From Patescibacteria group bacterium (GTDB taxonomy: Bacteria > Patescibacteriota > Minisyncoccia > Phycocordibacterales > UBA918): a stretch of DNA of 64,000 bases. The DNA is taken from assembly GCA_019750255.1 (NCBI GenBank), contig JAIEOU010000003.1:19350-83349 (forward strand), written 5' to 3'. The notes beneath the pieces were generated by a model. The model searched no databases. It worked only from the letters and a program-made list of their open reading frames with translations, and was not told the origin of the DNA. Both the position numbers and the translations under genes were made by a program. Positions 40,930 to 50,607 of this stretch are shown here, in pieces. Each line of letters starts with the position of its first letter. The stretch's first letter is position 1.

Positions 40930-41196
40930 TTAGAGCTCGTCTACGTCGTCAAAGGTGTCAAAATCGACATCCTCTGCATCCTCCTCGAGCGGCACGCCTT
41001 CTTCCGCCTTCTCCTCGTCGGTCTCTTCTTCCTCTTCCGCTACGGCCTCTTCGGTAATGTGTCCAAAGCCTTCAATATCTTCTGGTACTTCTTCTTCATC
41101 AACACCCACTTCGTCTAGAAGATCATCAGCTAATGTGGCTTCTTCATCGTCCATTTCTTCATCCGGAGCTAACTCATCATCGAATTGAAATAACAT
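40930..41196 (-). CDS. 88-aa hyper-acidic protein
   Basis: About 44 of 88 residues are D/E, with a single K; ends at a terminator. Confidence 0.75.
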   Translation of the reverse strand: MLFQFDDELAPDEEMDDEEATLADDLLDEVGVDEEEVPEDIEGFGHITEEAVAEEEEETDEEKAEEGVPLEEDAEDVDFDTFDDVDEL

Positions 41197-41325
41197 AGGT
41201 GTCTCTGTTTGGTTGTTATGGGTGAGTTTTAACAAAAAATACGCGACTCATCAAGTGACTTTCGTGTGGTTGGGTGTTTTGGTGCATTCGTTTACGAAGT
41301 GTGTATCCGTTTGCTGCCGGGTAGT

Positions 41326-41805
41326 TTACCTACCGGAAGCCAGGTGTGCAAGGCAGGTAATCCCAACGGCAATTGCGTCGTATTCGTCATCGTGGGCTTT
41401 TTCCGGAGCGTTCGCAATCAAGCGCTTCACCATACTAAATACGGCAGTTTTATCACTCGCGCCATAGCCTGTGACGGCCACTTTTACCTGCTGTGGGCTG
41501 TACTCGTGAACCAAGCAGCCATTACTCTGGCCGAGATAGAGCACCATACCGCGAGCCTGGGCAACATCAATAGCCGTCTTTACATTTTTATTAAAAAAGA
41601 GAGTTTCAATTGCAAGGTCCGTCGGTTCGTGCGCTTTTATAATGGTACTCAGTTCGTTTCCGAGCATCCCTAGACGCTCGGGGAGTGGGGTGCCTCGGGT
41701 ACTCGTGAGGCAGGTTGAGAAGACTAGGGTTTCTTTGCCAGCCACCCGATCAATAATAGCGACACCTAATCGATCAAAACCAGGATCAATAGCGAGGACA
41801 CGCAT
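41326..41805 (-). CDS. ruvC: Holliday junction resolvase RuvC
   Basis: LAIDPG, AIETLFF, QARG, DDEYDA. Confidence 0.97.
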   Translation of the reverse strand: MRVLAIDPGFDRLGVAIIDRVAGKETLVFSTCLTSTRGTPLPERLGMLGNELSTIIKAHEPTDLAIETLFFNKNVKTAIDVAQARGMVLYLGQSNGCLVHEYSPQQVKVAVTGYGASDKTAVFSMVKRLIANAPEKAHDDEYDAIAVGITCLAHLASGR

Positions 41806-41807
41806 AT

Positions 41808-42344
41808 TTACTCTCCGTCAGCAGTAGTATAGATATCTTGCACATCATCGAGCTCTTCCAGGGTTTCAACAAGATTGCCCAATGCCTCACCGTCACTGTC
41901 AGATAGGGTAAGGGGCGTCGTAGGGTAGTAACCCGAGGCACTTTTAGCGAATGCCCACACTGCTGAGCCGGGAGCGCCCAGTTGGTATCCCGCCTTCGTA
42001 AGTGCGTGGCGCACTTCCTGACTAGTGCGGTTGTTGTTGTCCGTCACTGCTGTAATAAGAAGAGCCGTACCACCTGGCCCAAAGGCTTCAAACAATACTT
42101 CGGTAAGGTTCGCGCCATCAGCTCCTTTGCCTTTAGCAACGGCACGGTCAATGTTTTCTTTGGGCATCGAATCTGCCTTAGCGCGCACAATCACGGCCGC
42201 GAGCCCGGGGGAGTTTACGTCACCCCCAGCCTTACGTGACTCCATGGTAATAAGCGCAGAGTGCTTGGAAAAGATTTTACTCTTCTGCGAATCACTCGCG
42301 GCTTTTTTGTGCTTAATCTTTGACCACTTGTTGTGTCCAGACAT
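41808..42344 (-). CDS. yebC: YebC/PmpR family protein (short form)
   Basis: MSGHNKWSKIKHKK, TDNNNRT, LEELDDVQ. Confidence 0.95.
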   Translation of the reverse strand: MSGHNKWSKIKHKKAASDSQKSKIFSKHSALITMESRKAGGDVNSPGLAAVIVRAKADSMPKENIDRAVAKGKGADGANLTEVLFEAFGPGGTALLITAVTDNNNRTSQEVRHALTKAGYQLGAPGSAVWAFAKSASGYYPTTPLTLSDSDGEALGNLVETLEELDDVQDIYTTADGE

Positions 42345-42346
42345 AG

Positions 42347-43348
42347 TTACATGCTGCCAAGGTGACTATACGCGGTGGCGCTGGCAATGCGACCGCGCGG
42401 GGTACGTTCAAGCAGGCCCTGGCGAATGAGATAGGGTTCAATCACGTCTTCAATCGTAGATTGTTCTTCACCGGTCGCTGCGGCGATGGTATTGAGACCA
42501 ACCGGTCCGCCCCCAAACTTATTAATGATAGCGTCAAGAACGGCGCGGTCGGGTGCGCCAAGACCAAGGGTATCAACTTCCAGTAGGGCAAAGGTACGGG
42601 CGACGATGTCAGAAGAGAGGTCTCCGCCTTCCAACTGGGCCATGTCACGGCAGCGCTTAAGTAAGTAGTTCGCGGTACGTGGCGTGGCGCGGCAGCGGGT
42701 GGCGATGTTGCGTACAACGTCGGGTGAAGCAGTAATACCCAACAGGCCGGCTGAGCGGGATAGGATCTGACCAATTTCATTCTCTGCATAAAACTCGAGG
42801 CGGAAGGTGCCTCCGGAAAAGCGTGATCGAAGTGGCGCCGAAAGAAGGGATATGCGGGTAGTGGCTGCTACTAAAGTAAACGGCGGCAGGTCGAGCTGCA
42901 CGGTGCGGGCTGACGGGCCTTTGCCGATAATAATGTCGAGGACGCCTGACTCCATGGCCGGGTAGAGGACTTCCTCGATGCTTTTAGATAGGCGGTGAAT
43001 TTCGTCGATAAATAACACATCACCAGGAGATAGGTTGGTTAAAATAGCCGCGAGGTCACCGACGCGCTCGATAGCTGGGCCGGAAGTGGTGCGCATGTTG
43101 GTGCCGAGGGTTTTTGCAATCAGGTGGGCGAGGGTGGTTTTACCAAGTCCTGGAGGGCCGTAGAGCAGGACGTGTTCAGCGGCATGGCCACGTTCGCGTG
43201 CGGCTGTAAGCAGGATACGAAGGTTTTCTTTTATTTTTGTCTGACCAACGTACTCTTCCCAGGTTTCAGGCCGAAGGGTGCGGTCGAGGCTGCCGCTGTC
43301 ATCACGGGTAATTGATTTGGCGGGGGAAGTGGTTGGTTTTGAGTCCAT
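42347..43348 (-). CDS. ruvB: Holliday junction helicase RuvB
   Basis: [25 protein letters not shown]; start reassigned to MDSK. Confidence 0.98.
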   Translation of the reverse strand: MDSKPTTSPAKSITRDDSGSLDRTLRPETWEEYVGQTKIKENLRILLTAARERGHAAEHVLLYGPPGLGKTTLAHLIAKTLGTNMRTTSGPAIERVGDLAAILTNLSPGDVLFIDEIHRLSKSIEEVLYPAMESGVLDIIIGKGPSARTVQLDLPPFTLVAATTRISLLSAPLRSRFSGGTFRLEFYAENEIGQILSRSAGLLGITASPDVVRNIATRCRATPRTANYLLKRCRDMAQLEGGDLSSDIVARTFALLEVDTLGLGAPDRAVLDAIINKFGGGPVGLNTIAAATGEEQSTIEDVIEPYLIRQGLLERTPRGRIASATAYSHLGSM

Positions 43349-43402
43349 AGTGAGTTTAGTATAACAAAAAACCACCCCAGAAGAGCAGCGAGAGTGTCGT
43401 AC

Positions 43403-43431
43403 TTGACATAGTGAATAGAGTATGCTAGTAT
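43403..43431 (+). promoter_or_regulatory. Near-consensus sigma70 promoter with no downstream ORF
   Basis: TTGACA-17 bp-TAGTAT with extended -10 TG. Confidence 0.7.
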
Positions 43432-43518
43432 AGCAATTAATTAGTTCTCGCGGTGTAGCCACACTCTAGTGGAAATACCGCTTTTTTATTGAGTGAGGAA
43501 TCCCTCACTTGATGATGT

Positions 43519-43662
43519 GTTCCAGACGATAACTCTCTAAGCAACGCGAGTGCGTTGCGAGGGGTCGGTGGCGCTCACTACGAGTGAGAGTGCGACCTAC
43601 TTTCTTAGCGCGGCATTCACTTTCAATGCGGAAGTTTTGCTTAGAGAGTTATATTCTGGAAC
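43519..43662. ncRNA. Highly structured element (candidate ncRNA or MITE)
   Basis: Terminal arms GTTCCAGA..ATAACTCTCTAAGCAA / TTGCTTAGAGAGTTAT..TCTGGAAC enclosing several internal hairpins. Confidence 0.45.
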
Positions 43663-43740
43663 GAACAATTGGTTACTAGCCGACTATAGCATATGGGTCA
43701 TCACTGTCGCCTTGACCGTAAAGTAATTATGTCACCAAAG

Positions 43741-43786
43741 TAAGAAAATCGCCGCAGTCACTATTGTGACTGCGGCGATTTTCTTA
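43741..43786 (-). terminator. Terminator after the pilB-like gene
   Basis: Perfect 21-bp stem TAAGAAAATCGCCGCAGTCAC-TATT-GTGACTGCGGCGATTTTCTTA. Confidence 0.8.
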
Positions 43787-43789
43787 CGT

Positions 43790-45481
43790 TTATGTTTTTT
43801 GTACGTCGGTGGTCGCTCGCGGAAATTCGACCACGCGTTCGAGTTCATCAAACGACGTATCGCCACGCAGGACTTTTGCCATCCCGTCTTGCGTCATCGA
43901 TGGGATTTTCTGTTCCCGGGCGGCTTCAAGAATAACGTGCTCACGCGGATCACGCAGCAGGGCGGCCTCGACTGCGTCAGTCATTTGTATTGCTTCAAAA
44001 ATGCCGACCCGCCCCTTGTAACCCGTAAGTCCACAGTGGGCACAGCCAGGACCGGCCTCGTAAATACTAATCGGACGCACCATAGCTGGTGGTTCGGGAT
44101 GGTCGATCATTACACGCTCAATAATAGTGATTTCGTTAGCGGTCGCGGGGCGTTGTCTTTTACATTCGCTGCAAAGCAAGCGGACGAGGCGCTGCCCGAG
44201 CATTATGTTAATAGCACTTTTAAACGAACGGGGGTCCGCTCCGAGGTTGATAAGGCGAGGGAAGCCACCAACAGCATTGTTGGTATGGAGGGTGGTAAAT
44301 ACGAGGTGTCCTGTCTGTGCTGCCTGAAGCGCCGTCTCGGCCACCTCGCGGTCGCGGATTTCTCCAACCATAATGACATCGGGGTCTTGCCGCAAAATGG
44401 CACGCAGGCCAGAAGCGAAGGTGTAATCGTCACCTGTTTGTGTCTGTACAATTCCTTCCAGTCTGTATTCTACTGGGTTTTCAATGGTTATAATTTTACT
44501 AGCGCTCTCGTGCACCTCGCGCAAGAATGCATAGAGAGCGGTGGTCTTTCCTGAACCGGTAGGACCAGTGGTCACTATCATGCCGGTTTTTTTCCTGAGC
44601 TCAATTGCCATGATGCGGCTAATCGTGTCGTTGAGTTGAAGTTTATCTATATTGAAGCTCGCCACTGACGGATCAAGTAGACGCATCACAATAGACTCCC
44701 CAAGGGCGGCCGGAATCACTGAAACACGCACTTCAATCTCTCGCTCGCGGATGCTGAAGGTGAAACGCCCGTCCTGAGCACCAAGCTTTTTATTGAGTGT
44801 CATACCAGCTAGGAGCTTGAGGCGTGACATCAAGCGACCGTAGATGTAATTATCAATATCAAGGATATCGTGCAGTACACCGTCAAGTCGGTAGCGCATC
44901 CTGATGCCGGCTTCTTCTGGTTCAATGTGGATATCGGAGGCATCAAGGGCTAGCGCGCCGGCAAAAGCAAGCTCCAGCGTTTCGGTAATGCGCCGGGCAT
45001 TGCTGACCGCTCCTACTGTCCTCATTGTGCTCTGCACATCTTCTATTTGTCGGATATTGGCAGAAAGTTGGGCGATATCCTCCTCATCGAAATCAAAGGT
45101 TCCCTTCTTTTTTGCGGTCGTGGCATTAACATCTTTGTATCGTTCCCAGGCATGGTTGAGACTGTGCGAAGAACACATATATACCTGCGGGGTGAGTTTG
45201 CGTGCGGTAAGTGAATCAAGCACCATGGTAACCTCCGGCTGGTTCGGTGTACGGACGGCTATTTTTATCGTATTGCCATGGCGGTCGAAGACGACTAGAT
45301 TGGCTTTGCGGGCTACCGCTTCTGGTAGTTCGCCGAGTGCATTTGGGTTAAGAGTGTAGCCACGCAGGTTGATGTACTCGTACCCATATTGAGCGGCGAG
45401 CGTTTCGATGAGGCGCTCCTCCTCGGTGATGCGCAGGTCGGCAATGCGTGCATTTGTAAATGTGTCATTAAATTGTGGCAT
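43790..45481 (-). CDS. pilB: GspE/PilB type IV pilus assembly ATPase
   Basis: ASDIHIEP, GPTGSGKTT, LRQDPDVIMVGEIRD, TGHLV, CxxC pairs. Confidence 0.92.
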   Translation of the reverse strand: MPQFNDTFTNARIADLRITEEERLIETLAAQYGYEYINLRGYTLNPNALGELPEAVARKANLVVFDRHGNTIKIAVRTPNQPEVTMVLDSLTARKLTPQVYMCSSHSLNHAWERYKDVNATTAKKKGTFDFDEEDIAQLSANIRQIEDVQSTMRTVGAVSNARRITETLELAFAGALALDASDIHIEPEEAGIRMRYRLDGVLHDILDIDNYIYGRLMSRLKLLAGMTLNKKLGAQDGRFTFSIREREIEVRVSVIPAALGESIVMRLLDPSVASFNIDKLQLNDTISRIMAIELRKKTGMIVTTGPTGSGKTTALYAFLREVHESASKIITIENPVEYRLEGIVQTQTGDDYTFASGLRAILRQDPDVIMVGEIRDREVAETALQAAQTGHLVFTTLHTNNAVGGFPRLINLGADPRSFKSAINIMLGQRLVRLLCSECKRQRPATANEITIIERVMIDHPEPPAMVRPISIYEAGPGCAHCGLTGYKGRVGIFEAIQMTDAVEAALLRDPREHVILEAAREQKIPSMTQDGMAKVLRGDTSFDELERVVEFPRATTDVQKT

Positions 45482-45609
45482 GGGCGATATACAAAAATTG
45501 TAGCACGCGCCCCCTCTAGTTCGGCTTTGTTTACAAAATATAAATAAGGTTGTATAGTAAATTTTAGACCAGGTTCCCCTTGGTCAAATGACAGAAGGAG
45601 ATGACTCTA

Positions 45610-46041
45610 ATGAAAGGTAGTACAGCGTTAAAGGCCCTCGGCCTGATTGGCCTCGGGCTTCAGCTGAGCGGTTGCGCAGCTTTGCCACTCGCTGTGGCGA
45701 TTGGCAGCAATGCGTTCTTGGCAGCCGGTGCAATTTCGGGAATGAACGCCCAAGAGCGTGCCTGCGCCAGCATGACTCCGGCCGAACGCCAACAGGCTTC
45801 GGTTCAGGACCGAATCGGTTGCGAGCGGGTATGGGCTCAGACCTCGGGATCAACAGCTCCTGATTGCGAGCGGGCTGATCGCCGGATCGCCGACTGGCGC
45901 CGCCAGTGGCGAGCGGACCCGAGTGCGCGGTTCGGGTACAATGCGAATGATGTCGGTTGCCCGTCGGTACAGCAGGCCTTTCGAGATCGGGGCATGACCC
46001 CACCGGGTGGGTTCACGTACGTCTCTACACCCCGACGCTAG
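45610..46041 (+). CDS. Putative lipoprotein, unknown function
   Basis: AGGAG SD, lipobox LSGC, four further Cys. Confidence 0.65.
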   Translation: MKGSTALKALGLIGLGLQLSGCAALPLAVAIGSNAFLAAGAISGMNAQERACASMTPAERQQASVQDRIGCERVWAQTSGSTAPDCERADRRIADWRRQWRADPSARFGYNANDVGCPSVQQAFRDRGMTPPGGFTYVSTPRR

Positions 46042-46158
46042 CTGGTTTATGACGTATTCTAAAACAGCAACTGAGCCGCCGCGATACAGAGCTCTGCCCA
46101 ATGGGTAACTCAATAATCGCGGCGGCTCGCCCTATTTTTAATACATTCAAAATTTATT

Positions 46159-46590
46159 ATGACCACCATTTCTTCACTATCAGACCTCGAAAATGTTGCT
46201 ACTGATTTTCTCTCGAAGCTGACGGCTACAGAGAATGCAGCCACAGTAGTCGGTCTTGTGGGTGATCTTGGAGCAGGGAAGACTACGTTTGTGCAGATGC
46301 TGGCGCGGGAGCTCGGTGTGGTGGGTGCGGTAACGAGTCCGACCTATCTCATCATGCGTGAATACGAAACGGCACATCCGGTGTTCAAATACCTCGTGCA
46401 TATGGACGCTTATCGAATTGAGGACTTGAGTGAACTTGGGCCGCTACGGTTTGCTGAGGTGCTCGCTCGATCGGGGACACTCATCTGTATTGAGTGGGTG
46501 GACCGTATTAAAGACGCCCTTCCTGCAGATCTTTCCACTCTTACGTTTACCCTCAACTCCGATACTACCCGGACCATTGCGAGCTCGTAG
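46159..46590 (+). CDS. tsaE: tRNA t6A biosynthesis ATPase TsaE
   Basis: GDLGAGKTT, SPTY, HMDAYR, IEW. Confidence 0.96.
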   Translation: MTTISSLSDLENVATDFLSKLTATENAATVVGLVGDLGAGKTTFVQMLARELGVVGAVTSPTYLIMREYETAHPVFKYLVHMDAYRIEDLSELGPLRFAEVLARSGTLICIEWVDRIKDALPADLSTLTFTLNSDTTRTIASS

Positions 46591-46719
46591 TGACAAGCCG
46601 ACAAAATACGAGCGATGCCGTATATTCGGCTAGACAGAAGTAGGTATGCACCACCTACCCACAACATTGATGTAATTGGTCAAGAATAGTAGGTGTGTCT
46701 AACGGGGTATACTGATGCT

Positions 46720-49107
46720 ATGAAGAAAGCTTCCGACACCCCGACTCTGGTCCTCCTCGACGCGCACGCGATCTTGCACCGAGCCTTTCACGCTCTTCCG
46801 GATTTCACCTCTCCGACCGGCGACCCGACCGGCGCCCTTTATGGTGTCGTTACCATGCTCTTGCGCATTATCGAAGAGTTCAAGCCCGAGTACATTGCTG
46901 CCTGTTACGACCTGCCCGAACCGACCTATCGCCATACCGCCTTTGCTGGCTACAAAGCCAAGCGGGAAAAGACTGACGATACCCTCGTGGCTCAAATTAA
47001 CCGTTCGCGCGATATTTTTGCAGCGTTTGGCATTCCTATCTATGAGGTGCCGGGCTTTGAAGCCGACGACATGCTAGGCACTATCGCGTATCAAACGAAG
47101 GGCGATAAAAACCTCAAGGTAATAATCGCTTCCGGGGACATGGACACCCTACAGTGTGTCGAAAAAAAACGCGTCCAGGTCTATACCCTAAAGAAGGGTA
47201 TTAAAGACACTATTTTATATGATGAAGCGACCGTAAAGGATCGCTTTGGTTTTCCGCCTACTCAGGTGCCGGACTACAAGGGTCTCCGTGGCGACACAAG
47301 CGACAATATTCCGGGCATCGTCGGTATTGGCGAGAAGACAGCGACCGAGCTTTTGGTTCAGTTTGGTGATCTCGACAGTATTTATAAAAAGCTTAAAAAA
47401 GACGAAGCCCAATTTCTAAAAGCCGGAGTAAAGGCACGCATGGTGGAGCTCTTAAAAAACGGGGAGGAAGAGGCCCGTTTTTCAAAAATGCTTGCCAGCA
47501 TCAGGACTGACGCACCAATCACGTTCGTGCTCGACGGTACCAACTGGCGCGTGCATGCTGTCCCCGAATCGATCCTCAAACTCTTTAGTGAGCTCGGCTT
47601 CCGCTCACTCACGGGTCGGGTTAAGACATTGTTCGACGTAACCGAGGAAGTTGCGGCGCGACCACTGCGTGGGGACGGTGATCCCGAGCTCGTAAGGAGG
47701 GCCGACATACTTTTATGGCTCCTTGAAAGCGAGCGAACGAATTCTTCCTTTGAAGACATTGCCGAGTACGGCCGAGCATTTTTTGAAACAACCGACCTTG
47801 CCGTTATTATGCAAAAACTCGAGGAACGGGTAGAGAAGGCGGGGTTGATGCCGATTTTTTCCACAATTGAACTGCCGCTGATGACAGTCCTTCGGCATAT
47901 GGAAGCAAATGGTATTTTGCTTGATGTTGATTACCTGAAAACGCTGTCGGTCACAATGCATACCGAACTGACGGAACTGGAGACTGCCATCTACGGCTTC
48001 GCTGGGGTGGTCTTCAATTTAAATTCACCAAAACAACTCGGTGACATCCTTTTTGATACTCTGGGTCTTAAGCCAAAAAATCAAAAGAAGACGGCCGGTG
48101 GTCAGCGCTCCACTAAGGAGTCAGAGCTTGAAAAGTTAGCGGGAGAGCACCCAATTATTGAAAAGATTTTGCGCTATCGAGAACTGCAGAAATTAGTTTC
48201 GACCTACGTCGATAGTTTACCTGGTTACGTCGCTAGCGATGGTCGACTCCATACGACCTTTATCCAGACTGGTGCAGCCACTGGTCGTATGGCCACCCAA
48301 AACCCGGGCCTCCAAAACATCCCGATTCGTACCATTGAGAGCAAGGCGATTCGTAAAGCGTTTGTGGCCGCGCCCGGATACAAAATAGTTTCCATCGACT
48401 ATTCCCAAATTGAACTGCGCATCGCTTCAATTCTCGCGCACGACCCTAGTCTCATTGATATTTTTCGACGCGGTGAGGATGTTCATACCGGGGTAGCTGT
48501 TCGTGTTTTTAAGGTCGACGCAACCGAGGTTACTAGTGAAATGCGGCGCAAGGCCAAGGTCATTAACTTCGGTATACTTTACGGCATGGGGGTAAACGCC
48601 CTGCGGGGAAATCTCGGTGAGGGTACAAGCCGGGAGGAAGCCCAAGAGTTCCTTAATGCCTACTTCCACACCTTCACGCGCCTGGCTGAGTATCTTGAAG
48701 AGACTAAAGAGTTCGCCCGCAAGCACGGCTATACCGAGACTCTCTTTGGCCGCCGCCGGCAGTTCCCGGGCATTACCTCGAGCGCACCCTTCCTGCGCGC
48801 GGCTGCCGAACGTATGGCCATCAACGCCCCGGTACAGGGTACGGCAGCGGACGTGATGCGCGTAGCGATGAATGAGGTCTATGACTATCTTGAAAAAGGG
48901 CAGAAGACTGGTGTGGTGCGGATGCTCCTCCAGGTCCACGACGAACTCCTTTTTGAGGTTAAAGAAGAGCTGCTCGATGCCGAACTGCCAAAACTTGCGG
49001 CGGTTATGGAGAACATCATGCGCGATAAGGAGACCTATGGGGTGCCACTCAAAGTCGATGTAGCGGTGGGACCGAATTGGTCGGAGTTAGAGGATTGGCA
49101 TAAATAG
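46720..49107 (+). CDS. polA: DNA polymerase I (5'-3' exonuclease + polymerase; 3'-5' exonuclease domain largely missing)
   Basis: EADD, GDTSDNIPG, DYSQIELR, AKVINFGILYG, QVHDEL. Confidence 0.97.
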   Translation: MKKASDTPTLVLLDAHAILHRAFHALPDFTSPTGDPTGALYGVVTMLLRIIEEFKPEYIAACYDLPEPTYRHTAFAGYKAKREKTDDTLVAQINRSRDIFAAFGIPIYEVPGFEADDMLGTIAYQTKGDKNLKVIIASGDMDTLQCVEKKRVQVYTLKKGIKDTILYDEATVKDRFGFPPTQVPDYKGLRGDTSDNIPGIVGIGEKTATELLVQFGDLDSIYKKLKKDEAQFLKAGVKARMVELLKNGEEEARFSKMLASIRTDAPITFVLDGTNWRVHAVPESILKLFSELGFRSLTGRVKTLFDVTEEVAARPLRGDGDPELVRRADILLWLLESERTNSSFEDIAEYGRAFFETTDLAVIMQKLEERVEKAGLMPIFSTIELPLMTVLRHMEANGILLDVDYLKTLSVTMHTELTELETAIYGFAGVVFNLNSPKQLGDILFDTLGLKPKNQKKTAGGQRSTKESELEKLAGEHPIIEKILRYRELQKLVSTYVDSLPGYVASDGRLHTTFIQTGAATGRMATQNPGLQNIPIRTIESKAIRKAFVAAPGYKIVSIDYSQIELRIASILAHDPSLIDIFRRGEDVHTGVAVRVFKVDATEVTSEMRRKAKVINFGILYGMGVNALRGNLGEGTSREEAQEFLNAYFHTFTRLAEYLEETKEFARKHGYTETLFGRRRQFPGITSSAPFLRAAAERMAINAPVQGTAADVMRVAMNEVYDYLEKGQKTGVVRMLLQVHDELLFEVKEELLDAELPKLAAVMENIMRDKETYGVPLKVDVAVGPNWSELEDWHK

Positions 49108-49109
49108 TA

Positions 49110-49266
49110 AAAAGGCCCGACTCATTAGAGAAGGACCTTTCGTCGCCGATTGTCGAACCCCACAGGCGGCGGTTTCCTGTGGGGCGGAGGGCTTCCGTAG
49201 ATGCTCCGAGCCTCCCTAGGTCTCGTAGTCTGCACCCAGCGCTCCCACAACTGTGAAAACGGGACC
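49110..49266 (-). ncRNA. Candidate ~155-nt structured ncRNA (6S-like?)
   Basis: Own promoter TTGACA(49302)-16-TAATGT; closing stem GGTCCCG/CGGGCC plus U-tract; long irregular hairpin. Confidence 0.55.
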
Positions 49267-49330
49267 ACACGACTACATTAATACATTTTTTTATTCTGTC
49301 AATAGACAGGTTTTCTGCTAAAATAAACCC

Positions 49331-50041
49331 ATGCTTCACGTATTTTGCGGTAGTGACACAGTGGCCGTGCGCGTTAAGGCACTAGCTAAGCTCGCTCCTT
49401 TCGAAGAGGAAGGGATTGTGCCCGTGCGACTCGAGAGTGAGCAGTTTGAACCTGGAGTGCTTGAGCACCTGCTTGGGGGTGTTTCTCTTTTTGGTGAGGC
49501 GACGGTGTGTGTGCTTGATACTCCGTCGGAGGACGAACTGTTTCTGGAAACCGTTACCAAGAATTTGGCCGAACTCGCTACTTCCGCACACACCTTTGTG
49601 CTTATTGACACAGCTCCTCTGGCCGACTACCGCCGCGCTCTCCAAAAATCAGCTACCTCCTACACCGAAATTAAGGCCGAGGCGAAAGAGAAGAAAGACA
49701 CATTTGCCCTTGGAAACGCCTTTTCCCTTCGAGATAAAAAGGCATTATGGATTGTGCTTACGAAAGAGTTACGGAGCGGCACCCCGGTCGAAATGTTGGT
49801 CGGTTCACTGTGGTGGCAGCTTAAGTCTATGCGTTTGGCTGCATGCACGAACAATTTTGAAGAGGCGGGAATGAGTAAGTTCCCCTACGAAAAAGCTAAG
49901 GCGGCGCTCCGAAAATATTCACTACCTGAAGTAGAGCGGATGTCGCTTGCGTTGTTGAAGCTGTACCAGGCCGGACATGCTGAGAATAAAGAAAAAAAGG
50001 ATATGGCGGTAGGGTTGGAGAAGTGGGTGCTCAGGGTGTAA
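49331..50041 (+). CDS. holA: DNA polymerase III delta subunit-like (short)
   Basis: HVFCGSD, SLFG, FALGNAF..RDKK, LEKWVL pattern. Confidence 0.75.
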   Translation: MLHVFCGSDTVAVRVKALAKLAPFEEEGIVPVRLESEQFEPGVLEHLLGGVSLFGEATVCVLDTPSEDELFLETVTKNLAELATSAHTFVLIDTAPLADYRRALQKSATSYTEIKAEAKEKKDTFALGNAFSLRDKKALWIVLTKELRSGTPVEMLVGSLWWQLKSMRLAACTNNFEEAGMSKFPYEKAKAALRKYSLPEVERMSLALLKLYQAGHAENKEKKDMAVGLEKWVLRV

Positions 50042-50081
50042 AAATGTTCCTGTGGAAAAATGAAAACCACCCCGTAAGGGT

Positions 50082-50502
50082 GCTTGTCTGTCGTCACGAG
50101 TCACTAAATATAATTGTTCGCTACGCTCCAAGTCTATTAAGTGCTCGCAGTTTGGCAGGAATCGACACGAGTTTCAAAGTTCGCTACGCTCTCTAAGAAC
50201 TCGTCGTCACGGCTCACCTGTTTCCTGCTCTGGGAAAGGAGCAGAAAACATGGCTCCGCTGTTCGATTAGAGCACGCACCTGCCGCAGGGCAGGTGCTCG
50301 AGCGGACTGTCCACACGAATCACTAAGTATATTTTACGCTTCGCTTAAATCTACTAAGTGTTCGCGACCCCGCCTCGCGGTTGCTGGCCCTGAGAAGGGG
50401 CCAGCAACATCGCTGCGGCTCGGACAAGCGCCGCACCTGCCATTGGGCAGGTGCTAAGAAAACAACCACACCAAATTTGGTGTGGTTGTTTTCTTGCGCT
50501 TG
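50082..50502. repeat. tRNA-Lys downstream fold-back tract with hairpin cassettes
   Basis: Inverted tRNA-end copies (GTTCGATT 50261 + CGAGCGGAC 50299; CGGACAAGCGC 50421), cassettes 50093-50150 and 50311-50371, duplicated hairpin GCACCTGCC-N4-GGCAGGTGC at 50276 and 50433. Confidence 0.75.
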
Positions 50503-50575
50503 TCCGCTCGGTTGGAATCGAACCAACGACCGTCTCCTTAAAAGGGAGCTGCTCTACCGACTGAGCTACGAGCGG
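50503..50575 (-). tRNA. tRNA-Lys(TTT), CCA not encoded
   Basis: Cloverleaf; anticodon loop CTTTTAA; GGTTCGATTCC. Confidence 0.95.
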
Positions 50576-50607
50576 ATACTCAAGTGAGTGCGATGACTAT
50601 ACCGCTT

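Noticed and set aside
43519-43662. RNase P RNA, tmRNA or SRP RNA identity (also considered for 49110-49266)
   Set aside because: No GAGGAAAGUCC, no tRNA-Ala-like ends or tag ORF, and no SRP domain IV CAGG..GGAA..AGCAG motif seen.
43766-44554. 262-aa ORF antisense to pilB, and similar long antisense ORFs over pnp, polA and clp
   Set aside because: Shadow frames of well-conserved genes, with no independent support.
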